Shown here piece after piece: positions 1-12,196 of a DNA stretch of 64,000 nucleotides; within the stretch, counting starts at the first letter, position 1; each line of letters begins with the position of its first letter. Under the pieces are notes generated by a model. It ran no database searches, had not been told where the DNA came from, and saw only the letters and a program-made list of their open reading frames with translations. Made by a program: the position numbers and the translations under genes. The DNA comes from Rhizodiscina lignyota. Its lineage: Eukaryota. The stretch is taken from assembly GCA_010015805.1 (NCBI GenBank), contig ML978123.1:1054001-1118000 (forward strand), written 5' to 3'.

Positions 1-744
1 AGCAAACAGATGCCTTCCAACACGTAAGTTGTGGCACTGAAAGTATGCCGGAGAGGCCGTTTCACTGCTTGCACTGGCATCAGGCGCAGTTTATGACCAT
101 CTGCTCGGGAAGTTTCCTTGCATCGACGGGACTACCGAATCTAAGCCCAGGGCGTCGCACCGATTAAGTTGATTCTGGTTAACCACGTGGAGTTCATCCA
201 CGTTTAAGTCAATATGGTGACAATGACATTGTGGATTTTAATTTCATTTACTCTAGGGGATCAAATCTCTCTTCGCCGAGAAGCTGTGTGACAACCGAAG
301 CCCAAACGAGCAGCAGACGAACTTTCCCATCCTCTGCCCCGACTGCACTCCTTTCACCACTTCAGGACTTGTGCAGTGCTGTATTTCATCTTTCCCAGGC
401 TTCCACAGCTCTCATTTATCTTTGCGACCAGGCTTCGAAAGCGAAACTCGTCCAATCTTTTCATCAGGATTAAGCACACAGCAGTCCTTACCTCCGAGGC
501 TGCTGTATTCAAACTGGCACAGCATGGTCGATATCAGTCTCCTGCGTCTGTTATCTGCAAGGTACATCCTCCGCGACAATGGGCTGCCCGAGACAATAGA
601 GACAGTATCTGCTTCAAGGCCATTCTAGCCTAACAAAGAGAGAGGTTGATGGAGACTCAATGACTTTTTGTGATCCTCAACGCGATGTACATACAAGTAT
701 TGTGTAACCAGTATATCCGCACCATGCATCCGCTTTGACACAGC

Positions 745-1611
745 TTACCAGTTCATAGCTTTCTCAACCGCGCTGACCATGGCCATATATCCATCCGCAG
801 TCGGATGCATCAGCGCTGTTCCCGCGACACTTTCGTCCGTCTGGAAATACAACTCGCCGCTGTCACACAGCCGGTGTCCCTGGAACGCAGCGTCGATGTC
901 CGCATATGCAATCGCGTTATTTGTGGCCGCTGTTTTGATAATGTTGTTCAGCCCAACGACAGACTGGTTGATCTTGTCGGCCATCTTGCCGCTGCCTAAA
1001 GGTATATCTGGGAACGTGGTCGGACAATTCTTTGGGTTCCCATTGATGTTGTATGGCGTGGCGTAGCCGGTGATGACGATGTGCCTCGCCTTTCCAACAG
1101 GAGGGTTGACCGATTTGGCCGCGGCGATCATGTTGTCCAGCCTCGTGTGTATCGTGCTTTCAATAGACGGAGAGGTCTGCGAAATGAATTCGTTGCACAG
1201 CGCAGTGTATGCGGTCGTGTTGAGCAATCCCGCCGCAAGAATGCAGTCTTCAACCAATTGAGACACATACCCCATATCGTTGCCACCTCCATCGATAGTG
1301 ATGAAATCCGGACGACCAAAGTCGGGCGATTGCGTTTGTTCCTCTATCTGTGTCGTGTTTGTCCCTCCGCACGCAAGGAACTGGAATGTGCTACCTTTCG
1401 AGGCGAACTTCTGGTTGAGCTGGAAGGGATACGATGCCATGGTGCGAGCACAATCGGGACCAGCGCTGCCATCGATCTTGTACGGTCCAGCGCCTGAAGC
1501 CCATGAGTCGCCAAGCGCAGAGAAGGATGTGTATTTCGCGGACGTGGATACTGCGACGCTCTTCACGCCAAGCACCAGGATACTGAATATGAGAAACGAA
1601 GGAATGATCAT
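745..1611 (-). CDS. Secreted SGNH/GDSL hydrolase (SEST-like esterase/lipase)
   Basis: Intronless 288-aa ORF with a hydrophobic signal peptide; block I ALGDSWASG, block III GGGND, C-terminal LMHPTADG; paired Cys residues. Confidence 0.9.
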   Translation of the reverse strand: MIIPSFLIFSILVLGVKSVAVSTSAKYTSFSALGDSWASGAGPYKIDGSAGPDCARTMASYPFQLNQKFASKGSTFQFLACGGTNTTQIEEQTQSPDFGRPDFITIDGGGNDMGYVSQLVEDCILAAGLLNTTAYTALCNEFISQTSPSIESTIHTRLDNMIAAAKSVNPPVGKARHIVITGYATPYNINGNPKNCPTTFPDIPLGSGKMADKINQSVVGLNNIIKTAATNNAIAYADIDAAFQGHRLCDSGELYFQTDESVAGTALMHPTADGYMAMVSAVEKAMNW

Positions 1612-2519
1612 TTTGAAACGAATGGCTTAAATGGACGACTAGATGCGAAATTGCTTGATTGAATGAAGGAACTTAGCGCGATATCATAAATGAAAAACGG
1701 TTCGAAGGCCTAAGACATGGTCATATAAAAAGGTCAGAGCAAATGTCTGCCACCTACCTGGTCTTCGGAAGCGATTAGGGAATCTCCATGACCTGCCGCT
1801 CGCTTGCATGCAAGAATCTGAGCACAGGCGGATAGCCTCTACCAGATCATGGCAAAGGTCGCGAGAGCTTGTGTAATTGAGGTGGTTGTTGAATGTTTGA
1901 GCTCATCTCGCATCCGTGATTCCCTGTTTCGAGCGAAATTCTGATTGGGGGTCGTGTAACTTGCATGCCCGATTCCTGCATCCAACGCTGCACCTCTGCT
2001 GCAATTGTATATTAACACGGGTTGCAGCTAGCCCAGAGGTGGAGAGATGTGTTCATTAAAACGATGAATGGTTCGCAAGAGTGAACGACGCGGGACGCGT
2101 TGACGGGATGGCTCGCCTATCGTACTCAATCTCTGCTTTAGGCTCGATTCGGTCCAATCTGACATCAGCGTTTTCATTTATATTTTACAAGGTATGCTAG
2201 TCAGGGGTACATATTCATCCTGGGAGCGTTCCCGCGACTGAGCAAGCGATGAAGCGAATCCTCATCTGTCTACTGGCAATTGAAGTGGTCAAGGACGCGG
2301 AGAGCATGGGGAGCAGCGTATCCTTCTAGCTCGACTCTCTACAGAGCTGATTCTTCCTAGCAGAATAGAGAAGTTTGAACGATTGCAAGGAAGATCACTG
2401 ATCTCGACCGAGGAATCACGAGTCTAACGATATTGAATTCAAATATTTCTAGTTACAGATTTAACCACCTTTAAGCCACCAGAGCCCAAAGACGGGGGAC
2501 AGCAAATAAGTCGCTATTT

Positions 2520-4213
2520 CTAGAAGTTCTGCCACTTGCCCACCGATTGCTCCCATGCGTAAGCTGCTTGAAAGATTTTTGGTTCATCCCAGTACTTGCC
2601 GACAATTTGCATGCTTGCTGGCAGCTTTATACTTGCATCCTCCGGAGCTGGGACAAGACCAATGGGCATAGATAAACAAGGATGGCCGGTGGCGTTGAAT
2701 GAACACGTATTCTCCAGCTTGCCTTTGGACGCGTCGATGTGTACCAACGGGCTCCCAGTAACAGGTGGCAGAGGGCTGGAAGCCGTGATAGTTGTGGGCA
2801 TAACCAACAGGTCATATTTAGCAAGTGCGGCATCGTATTCTTCTTTCAGCTTTCGACAGAGATTGACGGATTTAGCGTATACTGTTGGGTATCGTTGCCA
2901 TGCGTACTCTCCGCTCAGGAGACCCTCCTTGGTCATGACGCTCATCTACGAGGTTTATCAGCATCTTCTCTTTGACCATGGTAAATCACGGCGTTGGTCT
3001 CATCAACACATGAACTGACCTTGTCAAACACCGCTTGGGTATATGGTGCATTCTTCTTTTCGAGCAGATCTGTCAGAAGCATCTGCTTCCGGCCAACAGC
3101 GCGGCCCAACATGCCCATGTGGTTGCCCATTTTACTCATCACGGAATAAATTGTCCTTCCCTGGTTGTGCATTGGGATACTGAATTCCTCTACTGTCGCG
3201 CCGAGCTTTTCGAATTCTGCTAAAGCGGCCATGAACTTCTCTTTAACGTCAGGGTTGGTGAGAGGTTGGTCAACGCCCTCTTTCAAGATTCCGATTTTCA
3301 TTCCACGGACTCCTTGCTCTTTGGTTTCTTCCAGTAACTTAGCGTAGTGCGGCACCTCATTAGGGAACGGTGTTCCGGCAGCTTGCCTATCGTCTAGTCC
3401 ATCGACGCCGGCAATGGCTTCCAGCAACAGAGCATTGTCCATGCATGTCGTCGTCATAGGTCCAACATAATCGAGACTGGCATCATTGCTCACGATTCCA
3501 GTATATGGAACCAGCCCTATTGTGGCTTTGAATCCATAGAGGCCACAGAGACCGGCTGGAATACGAATGCTTCCTCCCTGATCGCAGCCGATACCCATGT
3601 CCACCGCACCGCTACCAACAAGTGCTCCAGTCCCAGAGCTACTGCCGCCCGCTGAATAGCCCTTAGCATACGGGTTCGAGACCGGACCGGAGGCAGCTGT
3701 AACGCTGACAGCACCACGAGAAAGGTTCTCGCACACAGCTTTTCCCGTGATAATGCCGCCGGCGTCGAGAATCCTTGGAACAATAGTAGCATCGGTCTGT
3801 GGAACCCATCCCTGAATTGTTTCGGTACCCAGGAGGCAGGGTACTCCAGCAACACAGATGTTGTCTTTCAAACAAAGCGTTCGTCCTTTGAGAAGATCGG
3901 ACGACGGCTTAGAAGAAGCTGCGGTAAACCGCCAGGCCCAAGCACTTAGTGGATTCTCTTCCTTTGGCTGAAGATGGATGTCTTTTCTGGGAATCACTTC
4001 ATAATCTGGAGTCGGCTGGTAGTCTGGATTGACATGTGAGCATCTAAACTTGTCAATGTGAGTTTAGAGAGACAAACCATCCATTTCAGCAACCATTTTC
4101 AACGCGGAGTCCATCCGCTCCAGAAGAGTCTCGAACTCAGCATAGTCACTATCGGCAACCTTGACACCAATGCCGTTCGCTGCAGATATCACTCTATCTG
4201 ATAATGAACCCAT
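2520..4213 (-). CDS. Amidase-signature family enzyme (3 exons)
   Basis: ATG 4213; introns 4077..4024 and 3019..2946 restore one frame; LCLKDN, AGGSSSGTG and GCDQGGSIRIPA motifs (Lys-cisSer-Ser triad). Confidence 0.92.
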
Positions 4214-5508
4214 GGTGATTATGGTCTTTAGCTGTTTGGTATGGTAGTTGATTTTGACGCGGCCTTTGCGGTCTGGGGTTTACAATTATGTAGGACAATA
4301 GCAAAGACACGAAGTTTCGCGTCCGGATCTACGGCCATCCTGTCGTTCAAACCATTGACCAAGGTCGATATGGCTCAAAACGGGTTGTCGGCACCCGATA
4401 ATGTGTGTCAGGTCATGTTCGCGAAGTCGAACTATCCCAATCTGGAAATCGCCGAAAGCGCCGGTTGAGTAGTTATCTCCACCCAAGGGGTGCGCTGAAC
4501 TTCTTCAAAGCCTTCCGTTATCTAATCCATCTTCATTGGAGTGATAAATAAGAATGTTGCAAATGGACAGAGACACAGTAGATGACAGAGTGGACTTTTG
4601 TTTGGCTTTCCACGAAACAGCCTTGAACCCGATAATCGGCCGCCGCAGTCTTCAATCTCCAGAAGCTGCATGTAGGTTGTTGAATATGAAATGTCATATT
4701 TCTTGAAGAGCACGGATAGCGATTGAGAGGTAGACATGATGCCCAAGTTATCGACTATCCACTTGTTGCATCTCGTCAGGCGATGTCTCACATCGAGCAT
4801 GAACAAATGTCGTTCTTCGGAGTCGTTTGGAGTGTTCTGTGAGCGTCTCGGCAACCTTTGGCCAAGCAGCTTCTGTACGCTGGGGACGATGCCTCGAGCA
4901 TATATGAGCTAATGTGACACTTGTCTTCCGCAACTTTGGCAATAATTCCCTGCCTCAATCACCATAGTACGAAACTGTTCTTCGAAGAACTTCGCCAAGT
5001 TGCATGAACACCTTCAAAGATTTCTCAAACCTTTCTGCGCAGAGCTTTGCGCTGTTAGGAGAGCGTTCGTAGAATGTTACGTCGCCTCCCTTCTGTCGCC
5101 TTCACACTATTGGGAGGCATCATTGACTCAAGCTTAAAATGCGCATTGTCAAGAGCGAATACATTTTGAACTGGCTTGGCAAATTCCATTGCGGTGTGTT
5201 AAATGTAGCTCCAATTATTAGTCAAAGAGTTTAGGCAGAACTTGAAAAGTGTTAGCAATTCTTGTTAAACACATTAACAATGAAGTCATTTCCGCTGTTG
5301 TATGTCATGCATTTTGTATTCGCCTCGCTCTTTCTTTCCTTCTCATCACTGCATCTCTCAGTCGTTCCTGGCAACGTGCGCCTCATTCAGTTCGCCGCTC
5401 AACATATGCACTCCGCTCCTCTACCCAGTCGCCTATGACATGTCTGTTACTACTCCGTTCCATCTCGAAGATTTCCCAACTTACCTAATGTTGTAGATCA
5501 TCGGAAAG

Positions 5509-6060
5509 ATGACGGCTCCGACATCGAATCACTTCCGTTTGATGGACCTTCCTCTCGAGCTTCGGCAAAAGATCTTCGATCATGCGATTTGTAAACCAAT
5601 TCCAAAGGACTGGGACATCCTCAGATGGTCTACGTTCGCTAGCATCTTCAGACAGCCTGCCTACGCCACGGATCGAGCCCTGCTGAGTGTGAGCAAACAA
5701 GTACGCGCTGAGATGGTGTTTGTGATCCGACAGCAGCAGGGAGGCTTTGAAGCCTTTACCGATTTCGTCCAAGAGGATGCGAAATTAGAAGGATTGCGCA
5801 AGCGAATGTCAGAGTTCTGCTCGTGTCCGGTGTCAACGGTTTTCTTCACGTCGAGCATATTCCCTGGACAACTCCGAGCGGAAGATGGGTATTTGAAGGA
5901 GCAAGTGCCTTTGGACGAGAGGGTATGGATGGTGAAGTATTGGATTGGATGTAGTGTCAATCCATACGCGTGGCAGTTAAGGATCAAGAAGTGTGAGGGC
6001 CAGCAAGTAGAGCGATCGGCCTCTGATGTTGAATCTCCTACGCCAGGATGCCGAATATGA
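5509..6060 (+). CDS. Hypothetical protein with N-terminal F-box-like motif
   Basis: 183-aa ORF; FRLMDLPLELRQKIFDHAI followed by ALLSVSKQVRAEM, the pattern common in fungal F-box-like/2EXR-type proteins. Confidence 0.65.
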   Translation: MTAPTSNHFRLMDLPLELRQKIFDHAICKPIPKDWDILRWSTFASIFRQPAYATDRALLSVSKQVRAEMVFVIRQQQGGFEAFTDFVQEDAKLEGLRKRMSEFCSCPVSTVFFTSSIFPGQLRAEDGYLKEQVPLDERVWMVKYWIGCSVNPYAWQLRIKKCEGQQVERSASDVESPTPGCRI

Positions 6061-6323
6061 CTGCTGTTCAGCGACGAAACACAGCAGTGAGGATATGGAA
6101 CGAATTGCACACAAGCTGTGGAGATAGATGGAAGGCTGACACAGTCAAGGCATTGGGAATCTCCGCACACACGCCGTGACATTGTGGAACGCAGTCAACT
6201 TTTACCCAATTCAGAACACATGGGAACCAAATGCCAACAGCATCATTTCCGGCCTTCAATTTCACATTTCTGTTTTGCTCTAACTGCTGTCTACAGTGTC
6301 TCGTTTTCTTGCTCTAAGCCACC

Positions 6324-6661
6324 ATGCTGGAATTGCCTAAACGTACTGGAGTATATCTCTCTGCGATCATAATATTGGCCGAAATATGCGACTCTGCAAG
6401 GCTTAGAACGACTTCTGCAGTACCTTCGTTCGATGTCCGCGCAAGACAGACTACGCCCTTCTTGGAGTGAGCAGGCAGATACAAGCAGAGATGCGGCACG
6501 TGGTTATGCAACCGGTAAGGGACTTCATGCGTTACCTCGTGCAGATCAGATACGAATCGAAAGTGCGGAGTTCACTGAGACACCTCCTAAGAGTCGATCT
6601 GCAGGAAATATATGCAACAATTTCCTTTGTCACAGCGCTGGTACTTCGCGGAGCCTCTTAG
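6324..6661 (+). pseudogene. Degenerate tandem paralog of the 5509..6060 F-box-like gene
   Basis: MLELP at 6324, a frameshift, then LCDHNI...A*NDFCSTFVRCPRKTDYALLGVSRQIQAEMRHVV, which aligns without gaps to RWSTFASIFRQPAYATDRALLSVSKQVRAEMVFVI; stops at 6404-6406 and 6659-6661. Confidence 0.65.
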
Positions 6662-6976
6662 GCATATCCATAATATGCTAGCAGCATACAACTCCAGGCA
6701 AGACACTGTACAAAGAACGGAGAAGAAATGCTTCAAGGATCAGGGACGCTTTGACACTGCAGGAAGAGCACGGTGAGACGCAGTCTGGAAAGAACGGAAA
6801 TTGTTTGAAGGAGTAATTGGCAAGCCAAAGGACAAGCTCGCACAGTTTATTGTTTCGCTAACTTGTTCAAATGGAATTCGATGCAATCGCTGGAGTAAAG
6901 TAAGTACGCTAGAGCGGAAGTATAGCACTGATGTGGTAACAGAGTAAATCAAGCCATTTCTCCGCACTCGAATCTC

Positions 6977-8548
6977 TCATTCGCTCCCCAAATCTTCGCT
7001 CTCCGACTGATCATCCTTCTTCCTGCCCTTCTTACCGCCCTTACCCTTCTCCTTGGCTTTCTTTTCTTCTTTCTTCTTCACCTGCGTGTCAATCCTGTCT
7101 CGTTCCGCTTTACCTTTCGCCGCAAGCTCTACTTCTAGCTTCTGGAACTTCTCAGAGTCAGGGTCCATCCCAACCAAACTTTCAAGTAGCTTGATCTCAG
7201 TCGCCCAGATTCTCTTGTCCTGTTCCACTTTGCCATCTTCGCCTTTCACATCGATCGGCGTTTCCAACACCATTGGCAGTCCCCATAGCTTTGGCTCATT
7301 CACCAGCGCGTGGAAAGCCCGAAGACCAAGGAAACCGGTACCGATGTTGGCGTGTAGATCGCGATTCGAGCCTAATGGGGCTTTCGAATCATTTACATGC
7401 AGCGCTCGAAGATAATTGAGGCCAACAGTAGAATCGAAATCTGCAAGGGTTGAAGAAAGTGTGACAGGGGTGCGGATGTCGTACCCAGCCGCAAAGACGT
7501 GGCACGTATCTAAACAGACACCAACGCGATCTTTCTTTGTGACAAGAGAAATGACATCGCGGATATCCTCGAAAGTTCCGCCAATGGTATTGCCACGCGT
7601 GGCCATCGTTTCAAGAAGTGTGACCACTGCACCAGTCGCTTCATCAGCGTGCGCCTTGTCCAATTGCGCCGCGAGATGTTGTATTGCCTCCGCTCGAGTT
7701 GCAGCAGCGGCTGCATTGCCAGGATGAAAGTTGTACAGCTTTATTCCCAGCTTGTGGCACCTCGCGAGATCGTCGTGAAAGGAATCGTAGGCCTGCTTCA
7801 TCCGTTCTGCGTCGGGATGTGCGAGGTTTACGAGATATGAACCGTGCGGGACAACGTACTGGCCAGCGTTGTACTTGTGAGTTTCGCAATTGGAGATGAA
7901 GGAGGTGCAGTGGTCGTCAATGAGGGGAGGATTGGCCCACTTGCGCTGTGATTTGAGAAACAACGCGAAGGCATTGCCGCCGATGTGGACAGAATTTGTA
8001 ACAGCGTTATGGACTCCTCCAGCAGCGCTCACATGTGCCCCGAGAACTAGTTTGGAGCCGACAGTGCGTGCGACAATAGGCATTGCCTCTGCTTCTTTTT
8101 CCTCCTTGGTCTTACGCTTCCTTTTGATCTTCTTAGTGACCGTGCCGTTCTCGTCCTCTTCCTCTTCCGCTTCAATTTCAACCTTGGATTTCCGGCCCTT
8201 CCGAGCTTTTGAGGGAGAAGGCTTCACTACGGTAGATTCTTCTTCTTCCTCAAGGTCCGCTTCAACCTTAACCGCTGCCTTGCGTGGTGTCCCTCGCTTC
8301 TTCGGAGTACGTTGAATAGTCTCCTGAACCTCTTCTTCTTCCAACTCCAATTCTCTGTATTCTTGCTTCACTGCGGCGGTAGCTCGTTTCTGCCGCTTGG
8401 GAGTAGCAGTGGCTACCTCGTCTGCTGCGCGTTTTCTATCGCGGCCAGCTTTCGCAGTGAACCGCGTCTCTTCTCGCGTCTCCTGGTAGCTAGTCGGAGG
8501 GGTGTCGGATGGAACAGGCGACAGCTCTGAAGCTGACTCGGAGCTCAT
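6977..8548 (-). CDS. APN1: AP endonuclease, endonuclease IV family
   Basis: 523-aa ORF; LGAHVSAAGG, VPHGSYLVNLA, YNFHPG, LLETMA, VCLDTCH, HVNDSK, DLHANIG and LETP motifs; basic N- and C-terminal tails. Confidence 0.96.
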   Translation of the reverse strand: MSSESASELSPVPSDTPPTSYQETREETRFTAKAGRDRKRAADEVATATPKRQKRATAAVKQEYRELELEEEEVQETIQRTPKKRGTPRKAAVKVEADLEEEEESTVVKPSPSKARKGRKSKVEIEAEEEEDENGTVTKKIKRKRKTKEEKEAEAMPIVARTVGSKLVLGAHVSAAGGVHNAVTNSVHIGGNAFALFLKSQRKWANPPLIDDHCTSFISNCETHKYNAGQYVVPHGSYLVNLAHPDAERMKQAYDSFHDDLARCHKLGIKLYNFHPGNAAAAATRAEAIQHLAAQLDKAHADEATGAVVTLLETMATRGNTIGGTFEDIRDVISLVTKKDRVGVCLDTCHVFAAGYDIRTPVTLSSTLADFDSTVGLNYLRALHVNDSKAPLGSNRDLHANIGTGFLGLRAFHALVNEPKLWGLPMVLETPIDVKGEDGKVEQDKRIWATEIKLLESLVGMDPDSEKFQKLEVELAAKGKAERDRIDTQVKKKEEKKAKEKGKGGKKGRKKDDQSESEDLGSE

Positions 8549-10003
<1,455 letters not shown>

Positions 10004-10688
10004 ACCGGATGTCTTTTCGTATCTGTCTTCATTTTAGCGGTTCTGTGGAGGTGAGCATAGCGATGGCGTTTTCGACTGCGGCAAAATCATGATAGACGGC
10101 ATTCACAATTTTATGTCACAGCGAACTCGCTGTCCTCTACAATCAACATCATCCAATGGTCGCTACGATATCTGTTGTTCGATGGTTGCCTCTCGTCATA
10201 ACCGGAGCCGCGACATGCCTTCAAGGCAAATACCCAACCCCCGATCTCTTCGAATGCGGGCACTCGATCATGCCCGATCTCTACGGTTACACGGAACGAC
10301 CGCAAGCACCGGTATCCAGTAATTTTCAGCTCCGTCAAGCATTTCTGAAAGATGATTTGCCACAGACGCGCTCGAGCGTTTGGCGCCGACATTCGTGCAA
10401 CTTTGACGAGCACTTGTGACGGTAAGTCGAAGGTAGCGCTAAAGTCACAGCTCCTCAGGGGTTCTGCCTCTTGGGAGAGGGTTGAGTGCGGATATATATA
10501 TAGCCCTTCCTATGCTGTGCAAGTATTCCTTTTTTCAGTCAAGATCTTGTTTGCAGAACTTTATCATTCTTCGAACAGCTGTTATACGGGCCATTCTTAT
10601 ATCTCAGACACCACCAAACGACCGCGGAGCTACAAAACTCTTACGTGCATCAACGACCGACAAGCCCATCAACTCTAGAAAGTGGTTT

Positions 10689-11351
10689 ATGTCAGGCGAC
10701 GGCGTCCCTAACATCTGGCGTGCCGAACACGGGTACGTCCAAGCAGTCGAAGACCCCTTCGTCGCCTACGGCGCACCTCCCCCTGGAGCCTTCTTTGTCG
10801 GTCCTCCGCCACCTCCTCAAGGGGTCCAATACATTCCGGTACCAGTGCCGCTGCCAGAGATGATTCCGTGGATGCATCAACCTGTCCCGGTCGCCGGTCC
10901 GGCGCCCGGATACTTCTTCCCTGCTTTCACAGAAGTTGAGACCAAGAAGAAGAAGAAGGACAAGAAAACAAAACCATCCACCAAGGCTCCCGGTGTGCAG
11001 CCCGGCTTTCCTTACCTCTATCCTAAAGTGCCACACATCTCGATCCACTTATTCGCCAAAGGCACAAAAGCAAACGAGCTGGCGAATGGAGATTCCCATT
11101 ACCGAACGCCGGAGACGCAATGCTTTACGGTCGCGAACCACACCACGCTCAAGGACCTTGTCTCCATGCTCGACCTGAAGGAGAAGTCGGTGGTGTATCA
11201 GGTTCATGAGCTTGGCGATGGACGGTGGGGAAAGGGGCTCCGGATCGACACGGGTGATGGAAACAAGGGAAAGCAGACGCTGGAGGATGTTGGATGGGTT
11301 CCGGATCGACCGATTTGGATCATCATTGAGAAGCCGAAGAAGAAAGACTGA
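10689..11351 (+). CDS. Proline-rich hypothetical protein (5' end uncertain)
   Basis: Open frame 10482..11351 with first ATG at 10689; Pro-rich segment, Lys-rich linker and a compact C-terminal domain; upstream exons possible (GTAAGT at 10422). Confidence 0.65.
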   Translation: MSGDGVPNIWRAEHGYVQAVEDPFVAYGAPPPGAFFVGPPPPPQGVQYIPVPVPLPEMIPWMHQPVPVAGPAPGYFFPAFTEVETKKKKKDKKTKPSTKAPGVQPGFPYLYPKVPHISIHLFAKGTKANELANGDSHYRTPETQCFTVANHTTLKDLVSMLDLKEKSVVYQVHELGDGRWGKGLRIDTGDGNKGKQTLEDVGWVPDRPIWIIIEKPKKKD

Positions 11352-12067
11352 TAGACAGAAAGGCAAGACAGACTGGAGAAGAGGGGTGGCTTGTTCCATG
11401 GGGTCGTCATTCACTGTTGTTGATTTGAAAGATGATTTTATGTGCATATGACTCGATGGTCCGCACGAGTCCATTTCATCAGTTAGGGATCCTGAATACT
11501 GTTCAGAGTTGCTATCTGTCTTTGGTTGCACTGGAACTCAAAAATTGCATGACATAGTGAGTTTCATGGAAGGGGTTATCGGTCAATAGAACCTAATGCA
11601 ATTTCAAGGCTTAACTCTATCTGCTTCGCTGGCCGCCGTTTGTCGATACTTAGTAACTTCAAAGTCAGACTTGGTAAGCTCCGGCCGGAGTATATGGAAG
11701 ATACCTTTTAGGCAAAGTCGTAGTGAAACCTGTTTTTGGCGTCAGCGCGATAATCTACGGAAAGTCAACAGCGCTGAGTGCTTTGGAATCACATTGCCCC
11801 CAAATCACCACAGAAGACAATAGCTAATATGAGACCGTCATGGCAGAGAGGGCTGCGGTGCGCCCAAGTCGATATCCGATAGTGGGCGCGGAGCAATAGC
11901 AAAGCTGCGGCGGATGTTTAGCTTGGATTTAATAATACTGTAAATGTTATATGGAACGGCGGGTCAAGAGTCGATCTTCCAAAGCAGTTCGGAAGCGTGT
12001 TCTATTTCCAGGCAGTGGTTTCTAGTAGTGTTCTTATGTGTTGTGTGTTCTGTGTTCTTGTGTTGTA

Positions 12068-12196
12068 AGTATGTTATACCTGAGTATGTTATGCCTAAGT
12101 GTGTTATACCTAAGTATATTGTGCTTGAGTGTGTTATGCCTGAGTGTGTTGTACCTGAGTATATTATGCTTAAGCGTGTTATATCTAAGTATATTA
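12068..12196. repeat. 15-bp tandem minisatellite (about 8.5 copies) with RIP-like transitions
   Basis: Units: AGTATGTTATACCTG, AGTATGTTATGCCTA, AGTGTGTTATACCTA, AGTATATTGTGCTTG, AGTGTGTTATGCCTG, AGTGTGTTGTACCTG, AGTATATTATGCTTA, AGCGTGTTATATCTA, plus a partial copy. Confidence 0.92.

Noticed and set aside
1..633. Splice-like signals and short ORFs at the window start
   Set aside because: No coherent reading frame or domain; possibly the end of a gene outside the window.
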